From assembly GCA_951406725.2 (NCBI GenBank), contig OX597820.1, positions 77,872,001 to 77,936,000 on the forward strand: DNA of 64,000 nucleotides, given 5' to 3'. The position numbers and the translations under genes are program-made. This DNA is from Octopus vulgaris. Lineage: Eukaryota. Below, piece by piece: positions 29,163 through 41,654 of the stretch. A model generated the notes under the pieces. It was not told where the DNA came from. It saw only the letters and a program-made list of their open reading frames with translations, and did not search any database. Within the stretch, counting starts at the first letter, position 1. Every line of letters starts with the position of its first letter.

Positions 29163-29549
29163 TGTATAGAAATATATACGCATACTGAGTTATAGGTAGA
29201 GAGGAAGAGAAAAGTGATAAGATGGGAATCAGGTCAGAATACAAAAAATAACATGTGGAAAATAGCTGAGTGTAATATATCTCTTCGATTGTTTTGAATA
29301 CTAAATTGATATTCTGTATTCCATTCGATAACATCATCACATTCAAACCAACGAATCCGCACATGAATAATCATTTGATATTGTAAAGATTATCAAAATC
29401 GTCCTCAAATCACAGATATCCGTTTTGGTTGAGTATATTCAACCATCAAAATAGAAATAATATTTATCTTTAACTCCAGGTCACATAAGGTCACTAACCT
29501 GACTTCCCTGGCGTAAACGTGATTGAGATTACAATTTCCCCCCTTAACT

Positions 29550-29900
29550 GCCGGGCGAAATGCTTAGCGGTATTTCGTCTATCTTTATGTTCTGAGTTCA
29601 AATTCCGCCGAGATCGACTTTGCCTTTCATCCTTTCGAGGTTGATTACATAAGTACCAGTTGCGCACTGGAGTCTATATAATCGACTTAATCCTTTTGTC
29701 TGTCCTTGCTTGTCCTCTCAGTGTGTAACCCCTTGTGGGTAGTAAAGAAATAGGAATTTCGTCTGTCTTTACGTTCTGAATTCAAATTCCACCGAGGTCG
29801 ATTTTGCCTTTTATCCTTTCGGAGTCTATAAATTAAGTACATGTCGTGTATTAGGGTTGATCTAATCGACTGGACCAAAATTTCGGGGCATGTGCCTACA
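29550..29900 (+). mobile_element. SINE family A dimer; a degraded opposite-strand copy follows at ~29960-30115
   Basis: Two successive ttctga.ttcaaattcc.ccgag.tcga.tttgccttt units. Confidence 0.85.
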
Positions 29901-30634
29901 ATCTTCCTTAACGGGAGGGCAGTCCGTTATAGGATTCAACGTCAAGAATTTTCGAGAAAGAGGAATCGGTTAATTGATCCTAGTACTTGATGAGTCCATT
30001 ATTTCATTGACCCAGGGGAGAAAACGAGTCAACCGTAGCGGGATTTGAACACAGGACGGAAAAACCCAAAAGAAATACCTGTATCTCGTCCGACGATCTA
30101 ATGCCCCTGCCGGGTGACAGCCATCTAAGACGCTATAGTCGTGAGAGGTATTCATTTGTTTGTTGTTTAGCTGAATTAGGATTCACCTAATACGAAACAC
30201 CACCATCGGAAACAGAACACTGATATCAATACAAAAGCAATAAACAAACAACAACCATCTATAGTTAAATGAATATATTTCGTTTGATTGCTAAATATGG
30301 TCTCAGTTTAGTGGCTGAAAGAATATAAGTTCCATAGCTTCTAAATGTTGGAGTTTATCCAGAGTGAAATTGTTCAAACACCATTGTCTTAATTCTTCAA
30401 AGTGCAGTGCCACTGATCTTTATGCCATTAAATCTAGAACATAGTGTTCATTACAAGATGCATATGGCGATTTACAATGTATTCCACATCAAACATCTTA
30501 CGAACAAATATTAGATTGCAGGTGTGTAACTAATTCAATGATTAGTGATTAGCAATGAATCATTTGTAGGATAAATACTGTATCTGTAAAAGGATATACG
30601 CACCCATACATACATACATATATGTGTATATAGT

Positions 30635-30684
<50 letters not shown>

Positions 30685-31038
30685 TATGTGCTATCGCGTG
30701 CGTGCGTGTGTATGTGTGAAGGTACATACCGCATAGGTTGTGTGGGGAAGAGTTTCGATTCCTAGAACAGTTGAAGCATTGTACAATTCAGTGAAAAACA
30801 CGTTAATTAACGCTAGCCCAGTCCGCTAAGATGTAGATGAGTTTCAGGAGAAGTTGACTTGTGACAGAGCCGCATCCTGTTCAAGGGGCAGAATCTTGGA
30901 ATTTAGAATCTGTGTCAATCCGTTATGAGTCCTAAAACCACAGTGCATACATGCACACACACATTCATATATATGTGTGTGTATGTGTGTATGTGTGTAT
31001 GTATGAGTTTGTATACACACACATATATACATATATTC

Positions 31039-31095
<57 letters not shown>

Positions 31096-31168
31096 CATAC
31101 ACACACATACTCACCAACAAACGCACGCACAATCACATAGACAGACACACAGGCATATATACATATGA

Positions 31169-31355
31169 TATGTAAATGAGTAACAAAGATGTATGGGTGT
31201 CAATTTATTACGTACGTTTCAAGCGACTCCTTTAATTGGTTAATGAAAACATAACATCATTTGAAATGATGAAATGTTCCGTTAAGCAATTAAAGGAGTC
31301 GCTTAAAACGGACGTAAGGAAACGACACCCATACATCTTTGTCACTCGTTTATAT
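31169..31355. repeat. Hairpin (~90-bp arms, tiny loop) at the 5' side of a TA-bounded element ending ~31597
   Basis: acaaagatgtatgggtgtc / gacacccatacatctttgt; aagcgactcctttaattg / caattaaaggagtcgctt. Confidence 0.85.
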
Positions 31356-31593
31356 TTTATTCACCTGACTTGGAATCTCCCTGAAATATAAAAGAAAGTA
31401 CCTTTATACAAAGTACAAGTCTGGATTACCAAGAACGTATATCTTCACAAAGCTGGGTTGCGTTGTCTGAATACATGACAGGAATTTCAGGCTTAAACAG
31501 CCCTGCACGAGAGACTTGATATTCAATATTCAATTAATATTGTTTGAGTGTGCGGATTATACGGGAACTAGAAGGTCGCCTCAATTTAAGTAC

Positions 31594-31648
<55 letters not shown>

Positions 31649-31655
31649 TCCATAC

Positions 31656-31716
<61 letters not shown>

Positions 31717-32741
31717 ATGGGTGGCTAATTCACAATTTTACAACCTAAAGGCAGAAATATATACGTCATTAAAGTGAAATAGGGTATTAATGAACGCCGT
31801 TATTGCTAGAAATAGGAGTCAAAACAACTCAATAGTCACAAAGGCACCATCTTGATATATATATATATATATATATACGTGTGTATATATTACTTATACG
31901 CTTGTACTTTAAATGACATTTATTTTTGATGCATGTCTTATCAATGTATCTATAAACATGTTTAAAGTTGGTTTCGTATTATACTTCACGTTATCCATGT
32001 GTAGTAAATTCGTTTCGGATAAAATGTTTCAGAGTCGATGGAAAACGAAGGCATTCCTGCTCATCCAATATTTCTGAGTCTTAAAAGACAACTTTTGTTG
32101 TGAAATCAATCATTAGTTCTTATATTTTATTTTATTTTATTTTATTTAACCTCAGTGTGAAATGACAGCCTTGATTCTTGATCTTCAGCTTCAGGTTTGA
32201 ATATAATTTTTGGAACGGAGAAAGTACTGCAATTTATGGATATTCGAAAATAAAACTGCTATCAAGGGGTTCCGGATAGACATTGGATCCTTCATAAATG
32301 GTGTCTATAATGTAGTTCATGTATAGTGGAGAATTTGGCAAAACTTTTTCGAACTTATAACGCCCCAGATTTGAGCCCTTCAAGCATAAAAGCGAATTAG
32401 TCGCATCAAAACTTACATAACTGTGGGGCTACGAAGAGACATAAGCTATTTCTGCTATCATTGCATTAAAGCATGCTTATTGGTAAAGTATATTCTTTTG
32501 AACATACACTTTCAGGTATTTTCCAAGTTAGCCTGTAGATGTTTTGCTGTCATTTATATAGATTGCAATATGTTTACTTCGGTATTTCTGTTTTCTTACT
32601 GTCATCTTATATTGATCTGTCAGACACGATCTGCCAACAGGAATATTTTCCTACGGATTGCTCGTTTATACGCTATTCACCCAGCCTTCCCCCAAAGAAA
32701 CTACAGATTTTACTATATACACCTGCAGACATACATACATA

Positions 32742-32795
<54 letters not shown>

Positions 32796-32829
32796 ATGTG
32801 GATTGGGAGGTTATGTGTGTACCTGTGTA

Positions 32830-32866
<37 letters not shown>

Positions 32867-32915
32867 GTTTATATATACATATATGTATGTATGTATATAT
32901 GAATGTATGTATGTA

Positions 32916-33252
32916 TGGAGGCGCAATGTCCCAGTGGTTAGGGTAGCGGACTCGTGGTCACAGTATCGCGGTTTCGATTCACAGACCAGGGTTTGTGGGT
33001 GCTTATGTCGCCCCCCACCCAAAAAAATATCCACGATGCTCCTGCAGCGCGGCGGCGAGCCCTGCTGTATTCTTTCACCACAACTTTCTCTCACATTTTC
33101 ACTTTCTCTCACCGGGAGCGATTCAGCGTGACACTGTCCGAGAACTACGTTAAGGTTTCGCGTGTCTGTGAAGTGCACGTTAATTTCACGAGCATGGTGT
33201 TCTGTTGATCGGATCAACTGGAACCCTCGTCGTCGTAACCGATGGAGTGCCA
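32916..33252 (+). mobile_element. tRNA-derived SINE (family C here)
   Basis: ggaggcgcaatg.cccagtggttagg (A box) ... ggtttcgattc (B box); 3' ctggaaccctcgtcgtcgtaaccga.ggagtgcca. Confidence 0.88.
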
Positions 33253-33265
33253 AGATATATATAGA

Positions 33266-33314
<49 letters not shown>

Positions 33315-34424
33315 TATATATATAGTAATATATACATAGTAATATATATATATAGTATATATATATATATATATATATATAGTAATATATATATATATAC
33401 CTGCATACACGTCAGCTCAATTTGACTCATTCTCAGTCGAAAGACACCTGTTGTTATTTCTTGTTTGTATTCGTAACTGTGCATCATGTTCTCCCTTTTT
33501 TGTCTTTGTTGCCGTACACATTCGCTAGCTTTCTTACAAAGGGATCTAATACTATTAGCATAGACTTTGGTGGCGAGCAACCAGATCGTACCCTCTCAAG
33601 TGTAACTGCGCGAAATGGTCGTGATTTCTGGTACTTGACTGAAGAAAGAAGGCTACGAATGTCCCTCTTTTAGTTCCTGTCCTTATAATTGTTGTTTCTC
33701 TTGTCCACCTTTGTATCGTCTATCTGTCCGAATGATTTATTGCGTTTTTGTTCCCTTTTCATATTTTATATGTATACATATATACGTAAGGAGCTTTCTC
33801 CTTCTTAGTCAATCGTCAATGTTTCGTTACCAATATTTACAAGATCACATGGCAAGGAATTACCCGAACGAATTGCACCTTGCAGACATGCCAAAATATC
33901 AACATTCACCTATTGCAGTAGGAACACCCTACCTCCCTTACAGCCATAAATAGCTTAAATAGGGTACCCCAATACATACAAAACCCGGATATGTCTATAT
34001 GTATGTATATAGATGCGTATGAATATATGAGTGCCAGTGTATATGGATATGGATGCGGATATCTATATGTATGGACATATATGTATATATGATGAGGTTT
34101 CTTCTGAAATGTGGGGAGCATTCAACTGCGTTATATCGTTCCCCACTCACTAGGGAGAAGTTAAGATGTTAACCGAAACGATTGTCGTACAAATTAAAGC
34201 TGAAAGTACACTCCTTAGCAATTATTTAAATATACTAAGCGTGCATCGATGAATTCCTTACGTAGATCCTTCGGCTAATATGCAGTACCGCGGAAACGCC
34301 TAGAAGCCGTAAGCGGTGGACGTGCTCTCAAAGCATACTACTTAGGGCATACTCAAAACAAGCTTGGATACTACAGTTTAAAGTCTCCTATCTAAAGTTT
34401 AGTATGTATATATAATCTATAAGT

Positions 34425-34763
34425 TGGTACTCCGTCGGTTACGACGACGAAGGTTCCAGTTGATCCGATCACGGGAACAGCCTGCTGATAAAATTAAAGT
34501 GTAAGCGGCTGAGCACTCCACAGACACGTGTAACCTTAACGTAGTTCTAAGGGAGACTCAGCGTGACACAAAGGTACTACAGAAACAGGGAGAACGAGTG
34601 AGAGGAAGAGTACAGCAGGGTTCGCCACCACTTCCTGTCGGAGCCTCGTGGAGCTTTAGGTTTTTTCTCTCAATAAACACTCATAACGCCCGGTCTGGGA
34701 ATCGAATCCGCGATCCCACTATCGCGTGTCTGCTTCCTTAACCACTAAGCCATTGCGCCTCCA
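34425..34763 (-). mobile_element. SINE family C
   Basis: Reverse-complement homolog of 32916-33252. Confidence 0.88.
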
Positions 34764-35809
34764 CATATCTAACCTAAATATATATAAACTATATACATAT
34801 ATATGTATAATTGTGCGTCTATTTATACTGCCATATATAGTGATAGTCGTATCTGTGTCTCACGCAACTGTCAAACGAGCAGGAACTTTGTGTAACAGTC
34901 TTGTGATAATTTTGCAGCTTTAATAAAAGCACATTACTCTATATTCTTCGGATTAGGAGTAGTAGTTATCCACCAAGGTTTGCACTTATGTGCTCACCTG
35001 TACTTACACACACACATGCACACACACACACGCTTACAGTCATTTGTCTCCTCAATATATCCAGATATCTAAGAGATACGATCTCTTTGTCTCTCTTTTG
35101 TCTTGTATTCAGTAAATATTAACTTCAGATTATATTCTAGATCTGGCAGTAAACCTACTGAATCGCACGAATCATAATGATAATTGATATAGATATGAAG
35201 GACGCCAAAAATCACGCGGAAACCTAATAACGATGCATGAAGCAAAATTACTTAGCGATAAATTGGTTAAAGATTATTCTTCGCAAGAATCGAACTGTAG
35301 ACTAACTAAATTAACCTCATCTTCCTGAACTGACTTAGTCAAACATTACAGAAGCTGCTATAGATTTACGTCCACTGTTTGCAGTGTCTAACGAACCAGG
35401 ATACTGGCGACGGACTTAAATTTTGTCTACACACACTTAGAAACAAGCAGAGAAACAGACATCCACAAAAATAGAAAATAAGCAACGCATTAATAAATAA
35501 ATTCGAATCGCACATAACTTGCAGAGATACTTAAGAAATAATTAGATTCCAGATTTTGCCATTAACACCACGAACGAAAGAAAATGAAATCTGGAAAACA
35601 GAGATGGACGGCGGGAGAAATTCGATTTTGCGACCGAATGAATGTAGTTGATACTGGAAATACGTAGCATGGCTCCATACGCAAGAATTCGCATCAATAT
35701 TTCCCACGAAGATAATTTCCTCAGTTAACTCATGTCAACTTACATCTTTAATAACATATTTTCAATTCGAATTTCCGTATGAAATAGTATTCTTTTTATA
35801 CAAAAAATT

Positions 35810-35869
<60 letters not shown>

Positions 35870-36170
35870 AATCCGAAATTTACAACTAACCCGCTCTATA
35901 AATTCAGTGACAACGCAACCTTCACACAACGCCAAAATAAAGAACTATATTTCATAAAAAAATTTAGACCAAGTTTAAACACCCTGGGCCAGGAATACTA
36001 AAACAAAAGATAAGTCCTCCGAAAAGGAGAAGCAAAATTCCACCACGGCCGCTATTTCAAACAGACACTCACTCTGACGGAAATATGCCTTAGTAAAAAA
36101 GGAAAAAAATTCTTTCGTGCAAATCTGACCCTGATACATACGATACAGCTAAGGGTCAGACCCGATTCTG

Positions 36171-36634
36171 ATTGGTCAACAAGTTGATGACGTCTAGCTC
36201 TGCTAGAATGGACAGGATACAAACAGGGGACAGTCATTAGTCAGAATATTGATGACGTCCTTTTCTGCTTGAATAGTCACCTAACAAGTACAGACAGGGG
36301 ACAGATCTAATGTAGCTATAAGTCGTGATTGGGCAGAATCTGGATGACGTACCGTTCTGCTTGACTAACGAAACGACTGGTCAAAACAGGAAACAAACAA
36401 GAGGCAGATATAATGCAGCGATTGGTCAAAATAATGATGACGTCCCGTTCTACTTGACTAACGAAGCGACTGGTCAAAACAGGAAACAAACAAGAGGCAG
36501 TTATAATGCAGCGATTGGTCAAAATAATGATGACGTCCCGTTCTACTTGATTAAAGCCACCTAACGAAACGATTGGTCAAAACATTGATGACGTCACGCT
36601 ACGCGAGATTGACCACCTAACAGGCATTATAAAA
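36171..36634 (+). promoter_or_regulatory. Candidate pLTR Pol II promoter: six ATTGG-N12-TGACGT modules followed by TATAAAA
   Basis: ATTGG at 36171, 36328, 36421, 36514, 36572 (ATTAG at 36236), each starting 17 nt before TGACGT; full TGACGTCA at 36589; TATAAAA at 36628; 93-bp tandem period. Confidence 0.6.
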
Positions 36635-36971
36635 CCGAGCATTTCACAAAAACTCACTAGAACCACCCAGCGAACTTCCACCATGGGTCATCACAATTGC
36701 TTAAGGTAAAAATGAATTCCTCGCTCTTTCGGAAACATCAATCTTCTGAATTGACCGCTTTCCACCACTTTGATCTGTTTTTTGTATTGAATACGTATCG
36801 CCACCGTGGGCCACTGCATCGAACACTTTGAACATATACTTCAAACTATATATCAACTATACATGAACTATATATCAACTATACATGAACTCTAAGATGT
36901 CTGACTCCGTTGTGTATTATAAATGAATTTCTTGTGTTTGACGGCATGAGCTGTCTTTTTTTATATATAAC

Positions 36972-37015
36972 TTTTTTTGATAAGGTTCATTTCAGGAACT
37001 GAAACATGTTATAAT
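36972..37015 (+). ncRNA. Hammerhead ribozyme motif (U3-A8 variant), weak stem I
   Basis: UUGAUAA-ggttc(atttcag)gaact-GAAA-catg-UU. Confidence 0.55.
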
Positions 37016-37072
37016 GTATATATAAAAATTAAAAATTGTATAATACAGCAGCATTTTCGAACTTCATTTTTT

Positions 37073-37161
<89 letters not shown>

Positions 37162-37300
37162 TCAATAAATGGTGGGGTTGTGTTGACCGTACGTGGAGAA
37201 ATGATAAGTAAGGAAAAATTTTTTTAAAAATGCAGAATGCTCAAATGAAATAAAATTTTAATAAAATGAGAAAATGATAAAATATATAAATATATATATT

Positions 37301-37341
37301 TATTCAACCGGTTTTCGTCAATGTATGACTTGTCAAGAATA
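37301..37341 (-). ncRNA. Hammerhead ribozyme motif (U3-A8 variant) in the PLE 3' UTR; inverted copy at 41470-41510 (+)
   Basis: tattc-UUGACAA-gtca(tacat)tgac-GAAA-accggt-t-gaata; register at the cleavage site is ambiguous (extra A). Confidence 0.65.
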
Positions 37342-37956
37342 TTTATGTTTTAAGAAGTTTTTTTGAAAATTAGAAAGGGAAAAAAAGAAAATTGCAATGT
37401 TTTTTGTAAAAGAATAATGATAAAAATGTACAAAAATTAAAAAATAAGTTCTCCGATACATTGTGAGTTCGTTGTGTATCTTGAGTTTTATGGTTGTTTA
37501 CCAAAAAGTTACCTTGAGGTGTTAAGATCCAAAGGGATTAAGAGCATGTGATGTGTTGTGTTGTTGAATACAGCATGTTGCAGGACAGGAAGTAGTAGTA
37601 ATTGTGGTCCTGGTTCTTCAGTTCCTGTGTTGTGAGTAAGGGGAGAAAACTCTTAAATTATAAAACTATCATTTTAGCTTCATTTGCATTATCTTTTTTA
37701 TATATAATTGCTTGTTAACTTAACTTTCAGATTTTAACACTTTATTTATATTATTTTCTAATAATATAAAACTGCATAGACAATTGCATTTCAAATTGTC
37801 ATATCATTTATAATAAAAATGATAGTAGTAACAACAACAATAGTGAAAATGATATTTAAAGAATATAAGTTTTAGCTTGAAGTGGTGAATGCATGGTATC
37901 TTTATATATTTGTGTTAGTCCATCCATGAAGAGTGAGGTAGAGAAAGGAAGTTTGA

Positions 37957-40273
37957 TCAACGAGGAGTTTGCATATTAAGTTGTGTTTGGAATTTTTCAA
38001 TAAAGAGATTCTCCTTGTTAATTCTCTCCTGTGTGGTGATCCCGTCTTTACATTGGTAGAAGGGGAATATATAGAATTTGGGGTTTAAGTCTTTGGCACA
38101 TGAGTCTAAGTGGTCACTCAGTGGAATTTGTCGGTATTCCGGGAGATTTATTTGTTCTTTATGCACCGTTACTCGTTTACGTAACGGGAGACTCGTTTGT
38201 CCCACATAATTATGTTGGCAACCAGCGCATGTGAGAACGTAGATAAGGTTCTCGGAGGAACAGGAGAAGTTAGTCTTGATTTTAAACTTCGTACCTTGTT
38301 TGAAGGTAAATTCAGAGCCTTCAAGTAGAAAGGGGCAGGTACCACAGTTTGAGCGTGCACATTTTTTTACTGTTGGGGGTGGATGTGGTGTGTGAAGTTT
38401 GGCATTTGTCAAGAGTTTTTTTAAAGATTTGTGTTGCCTTTTGCATTTGAGGATTTTGTGTGTATTTATAATGTTTTTCATTTTTGGGTCTGTTGACAGT
38501 AGACTGAGGTTTTGTATGATTGTGGTGTATGCTTCGATATTTTTGGGGTTGTGGGTGGAAATGTATGGAAGTATTTTGAGGTTGTGTGTGGTGTTAGGTT
38601 GGGTGGTTTTCAGTGTAGTGTTGTCTAGTTCTTTGGCGCGTTTTATTCCATACTCTATAAGGGTGGAGGGATATTGACGTTGTAATAGTGTTTTTTTGAG
38701 GTCTTGAAGGCGTATTTCTCGTGTTTTTGGATCCGAGACAATGGTGCATACCCTTTTAGCTAAATTGAAAGGGATATTTGTCTTGGTGCGTTTTGGGTGG
38801 CATGAACTAAAGAGGAGGTATTGTTGTGAGTCTGTAGGTTTGTGGTAGATGTCTGTTATGATTTGGTTCTTAGGTGTTTTTATAATTAGGAGATCAAGGA
38901 ATGGGAGATGATGTTTGCTAAATTCCATAGTGAATTGGATGTTGGGATGTATGTTGTTTAGTATGGTTTTGAATTCCAGGAGTTTATCATAAGGTTCTTT
39001 CCATATGATGAAACAATCATCTAAATACCTTTTCCAGTTTTCCATTAGGTAGGTGTGGAAAACATGTCCAAATTTCTGGCTTGATATTTCATAGAGTGAC
39101 AGTTCGAAGTAACCCATTATGAGGTTCGCAAGGACTGGTGCAGCCTTGGTACCCATCGCAATGCCACATTTTTGACGGTAGTGTGTGTCGTCGAAGAGAA
39201 AAAATTGTTTGTCAGAATGAACTTAAGAGATTCTGTAATAAAAGACTTGTTAATGCGGTCAGGGAATGTCTCTGGGTGTTTTTCTAGCCAGAAGTCAATT
39301 GCCTCTATACCATACTCATGTGGAATGTTGGTGTAGAGGTTGATAACATCAAAGGATACCAGGAGTGCCCCCTCGTTAACTGTTTTCGGGAGGTGTTTGA
39401 GCATGTCCAGATCATCCCTAATGAAACTTTTGATGTGGGTAAGGAAAGGTTTCAAAAGGATGTCTAGGAAGTTACTCAGGCGGTGTGTTTCACAGGAGGT
39501 ACCCGCCACGATGGGCCTTAGTTTTAGGTCCTCCGGTGCTTTGATGTTGATGTGGATGTCAGTGGAGAGTTTGCAGGCTTCGGTGATGTATTTGTTTTTA
39601 TGGATTTTAGGAAGGCCATAAAAAAGGCTGGGCTTGCATTTGAAAATGGTGATATAATCCCTTTCTTTTTCTGTGAGTCCCTGGCCGTGTTGGCGTATGA
39701 GTGTGGTGAGGTTTCTGATTGTTTTTTGCTGTTTGTAGTTGTTAATAACCTCATAGAAAATGTTATTGTTAAGCATGGAGAACACTAGGTGTTTATAAAA
39801 TTCCGTGTCCATAAGGACCACAGCACTCCCTTTGTCCGCTTCTTTGATGGTGAGGTTTTTATCCAGTTGTATGTCACGTAGGTTTTCCCATTCTTCCTTA
39901 CTGAAATTGGATTTTACCTTGGTTTTGCTTGGGGTAAAGGGGAGACTCTGGATGTGTTTACAGAAATCGTCCAGTGTTTTATTTCTCCCTTTTGGTGGTA
40001 GGAAGTTGCTTTTATTTCTGATCAATAAGTCGTCCCCATTGTTGATATCTGTCAAAGCTTCTGTTAGGCGAAGTTTTCTGCAGAATTCAGAAACGTCATC
40101 CTTGACCTCCGGGGGTTGGGTGTTCTTGGGGTGGGTGTGAATTTCAAACCTCTTGCTAGGATGTTGATTTGGGTTGGTGTCAGTGTTTTGCTGGAGAGGT
40201 TTATAATTTTTGTTTTCTTATTTTGGGTCTGTGTTAGCGGTGGTGTTTGTATTTTTCCCCCCTGTCTAAAAAA
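37957..40273 (-). pseudogene. PLE RT-GIY-YIG polyprotein, split by two 1-nt frameshifts in homopolymers (~39200, ~40113)
   Basis: IINLSSKTLT..LARGLKFTPTP; IKEADKGSAVV; FYGLPKIHK; SFDVINLYTNIP; AMGTKAAP; KRYLDDCF; KCARSNCGTC; LIYVLTCAGC..YVGQT. Confidence 0.93.
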
Positions 40274-41600
40274 TGGTTGTTGAGGTAAGGGGTGTATTCT
40301 TTGTTAAAGTTCTGGTTGTATGTGTAGGAGTGTTTTTGGGTGGGGAGGTTGGAGGGGGGTAGGTAGTTGTCGTATTTGTGTTGGTATGGGATGCGATGGT
40401 GTAAGGATTTGTGAGAAATGCGATGGGTTTGTGGGTGTGTGTGTCTGGTAGATTGTATGGGGGGATGTAGGAGGGTATGTAGTTGTGGTGATTGGGTTCG
40501 TGTGGGATGTGAGGGTTTGGAGATCTGTAGGAGATGTGGTAGGAATGTGGTTGTTGGATGGGTGGACTATAGGGGGTTCGTTGGGTGGGTCTTATATGTA
40601 TCGGTGTGGGTAGGATGCCTTGTTTGTTATTAGTGTGAGGGAGGGGAGCCTTGAGGGGGGATAATTTCTAGTGTATGGGAGGTTCTTGAAGGTTCTAATC
40701 GGTGGGGGAGGGGTGTTAGAGTGATTGGAGAACCAGGTTTTGTGGTGGGTCTTGTTTGAGATGTTTCGGGGGGATGTTCCTGGAGAGAATTAACAAGGAG
40801 AATCTCTTTATTGAAAAATTCCAAACACAACTTAATATGCAAACTCCTCGTTGATCAAACTTCCTTTCTCTACCTCACTCTTCATGGATGGACTAACACA
40901 AATATATAAAGATACCATGCATTCACCACTTCAAGCTAAAACTTATATTCTTTAAATATCATTTTCACTATTGTTGTTGTTACTACTATCATTTTTATTA
41001 TAAATGATATGACAATTTGAAATGCAATTGTCTATGCAGTTTTATATTATTAGAAAATAATATAAATAAAGTGTTAAAATCTGAAAGTTAAGTTAACAAG
41101 CAATTATATATAAAAAAGATAATGCAAATGAAGCTAAAATGATAGTTTTATAATTTAAGAGTTTTCTCCCCTTACTCACAACACAGGAACTGAAGAACCA
41201 GGACCACAATTACTACTACTTCCTGTCCTGCAACATGCTGTATTCAACAACACAACACATCACATGCTCTTAATCCCTTTGGATCTTAACACCTCAAGGT
41301 AACTTTTGGTAAACAACCATAAAACTCAAGGTACACAACGAACTCACAATGTATCGGAGAACTTATTTTTTAATTTTTGTACATTTTTATCATTATTCTT
41401 TTACAAAAAACATTGCAATTTTCTTTTTTTCCCCTTTCTAATTTTCAAAAAAACTTCTTAAAACATAAATATTCTTGACAAGTCATACATTGACGAAAAC
41501 CGGTTGAATAAATATATATATTTATATATTTTATCATTTTCTCATTTTATTAAAATTTTATTTCATTTGAGCATTCTGCATTTTTAAAAAAATTTTTCCT

Positions 41601-41651
<51 letters not shown>

Positions 41652-41654
41652 TAT

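Larger units (their letters stand above)
35867..37077 (+). mobile_element. 5'-truncated Penelope-like element: last 43 codons of GIY-YIG plus 3' UTR/pLTR, in (TA)n
   Basis: 35870-36000 translates NPKFTTNPLYKFSDNATFTQRQNKELYFIKKFRPSLNTLGQEY*, homologous to the C-terminus of ORF 37957-39156; hammerhead motif near the 3' end. Confidence 0.85.
37158..41604 (-). mobile_element. Young Penelope-like retroelement (Neptune-like) with ~820-bp inverted terminal copy, in (TA)n
   Basis: RT + Cys-rich linker + GIY-YIG; 37207-38029 is a near-identical reverse complement of 40782-41604; unpaired 3' tail 37158-37206. Confidence 0.95.
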
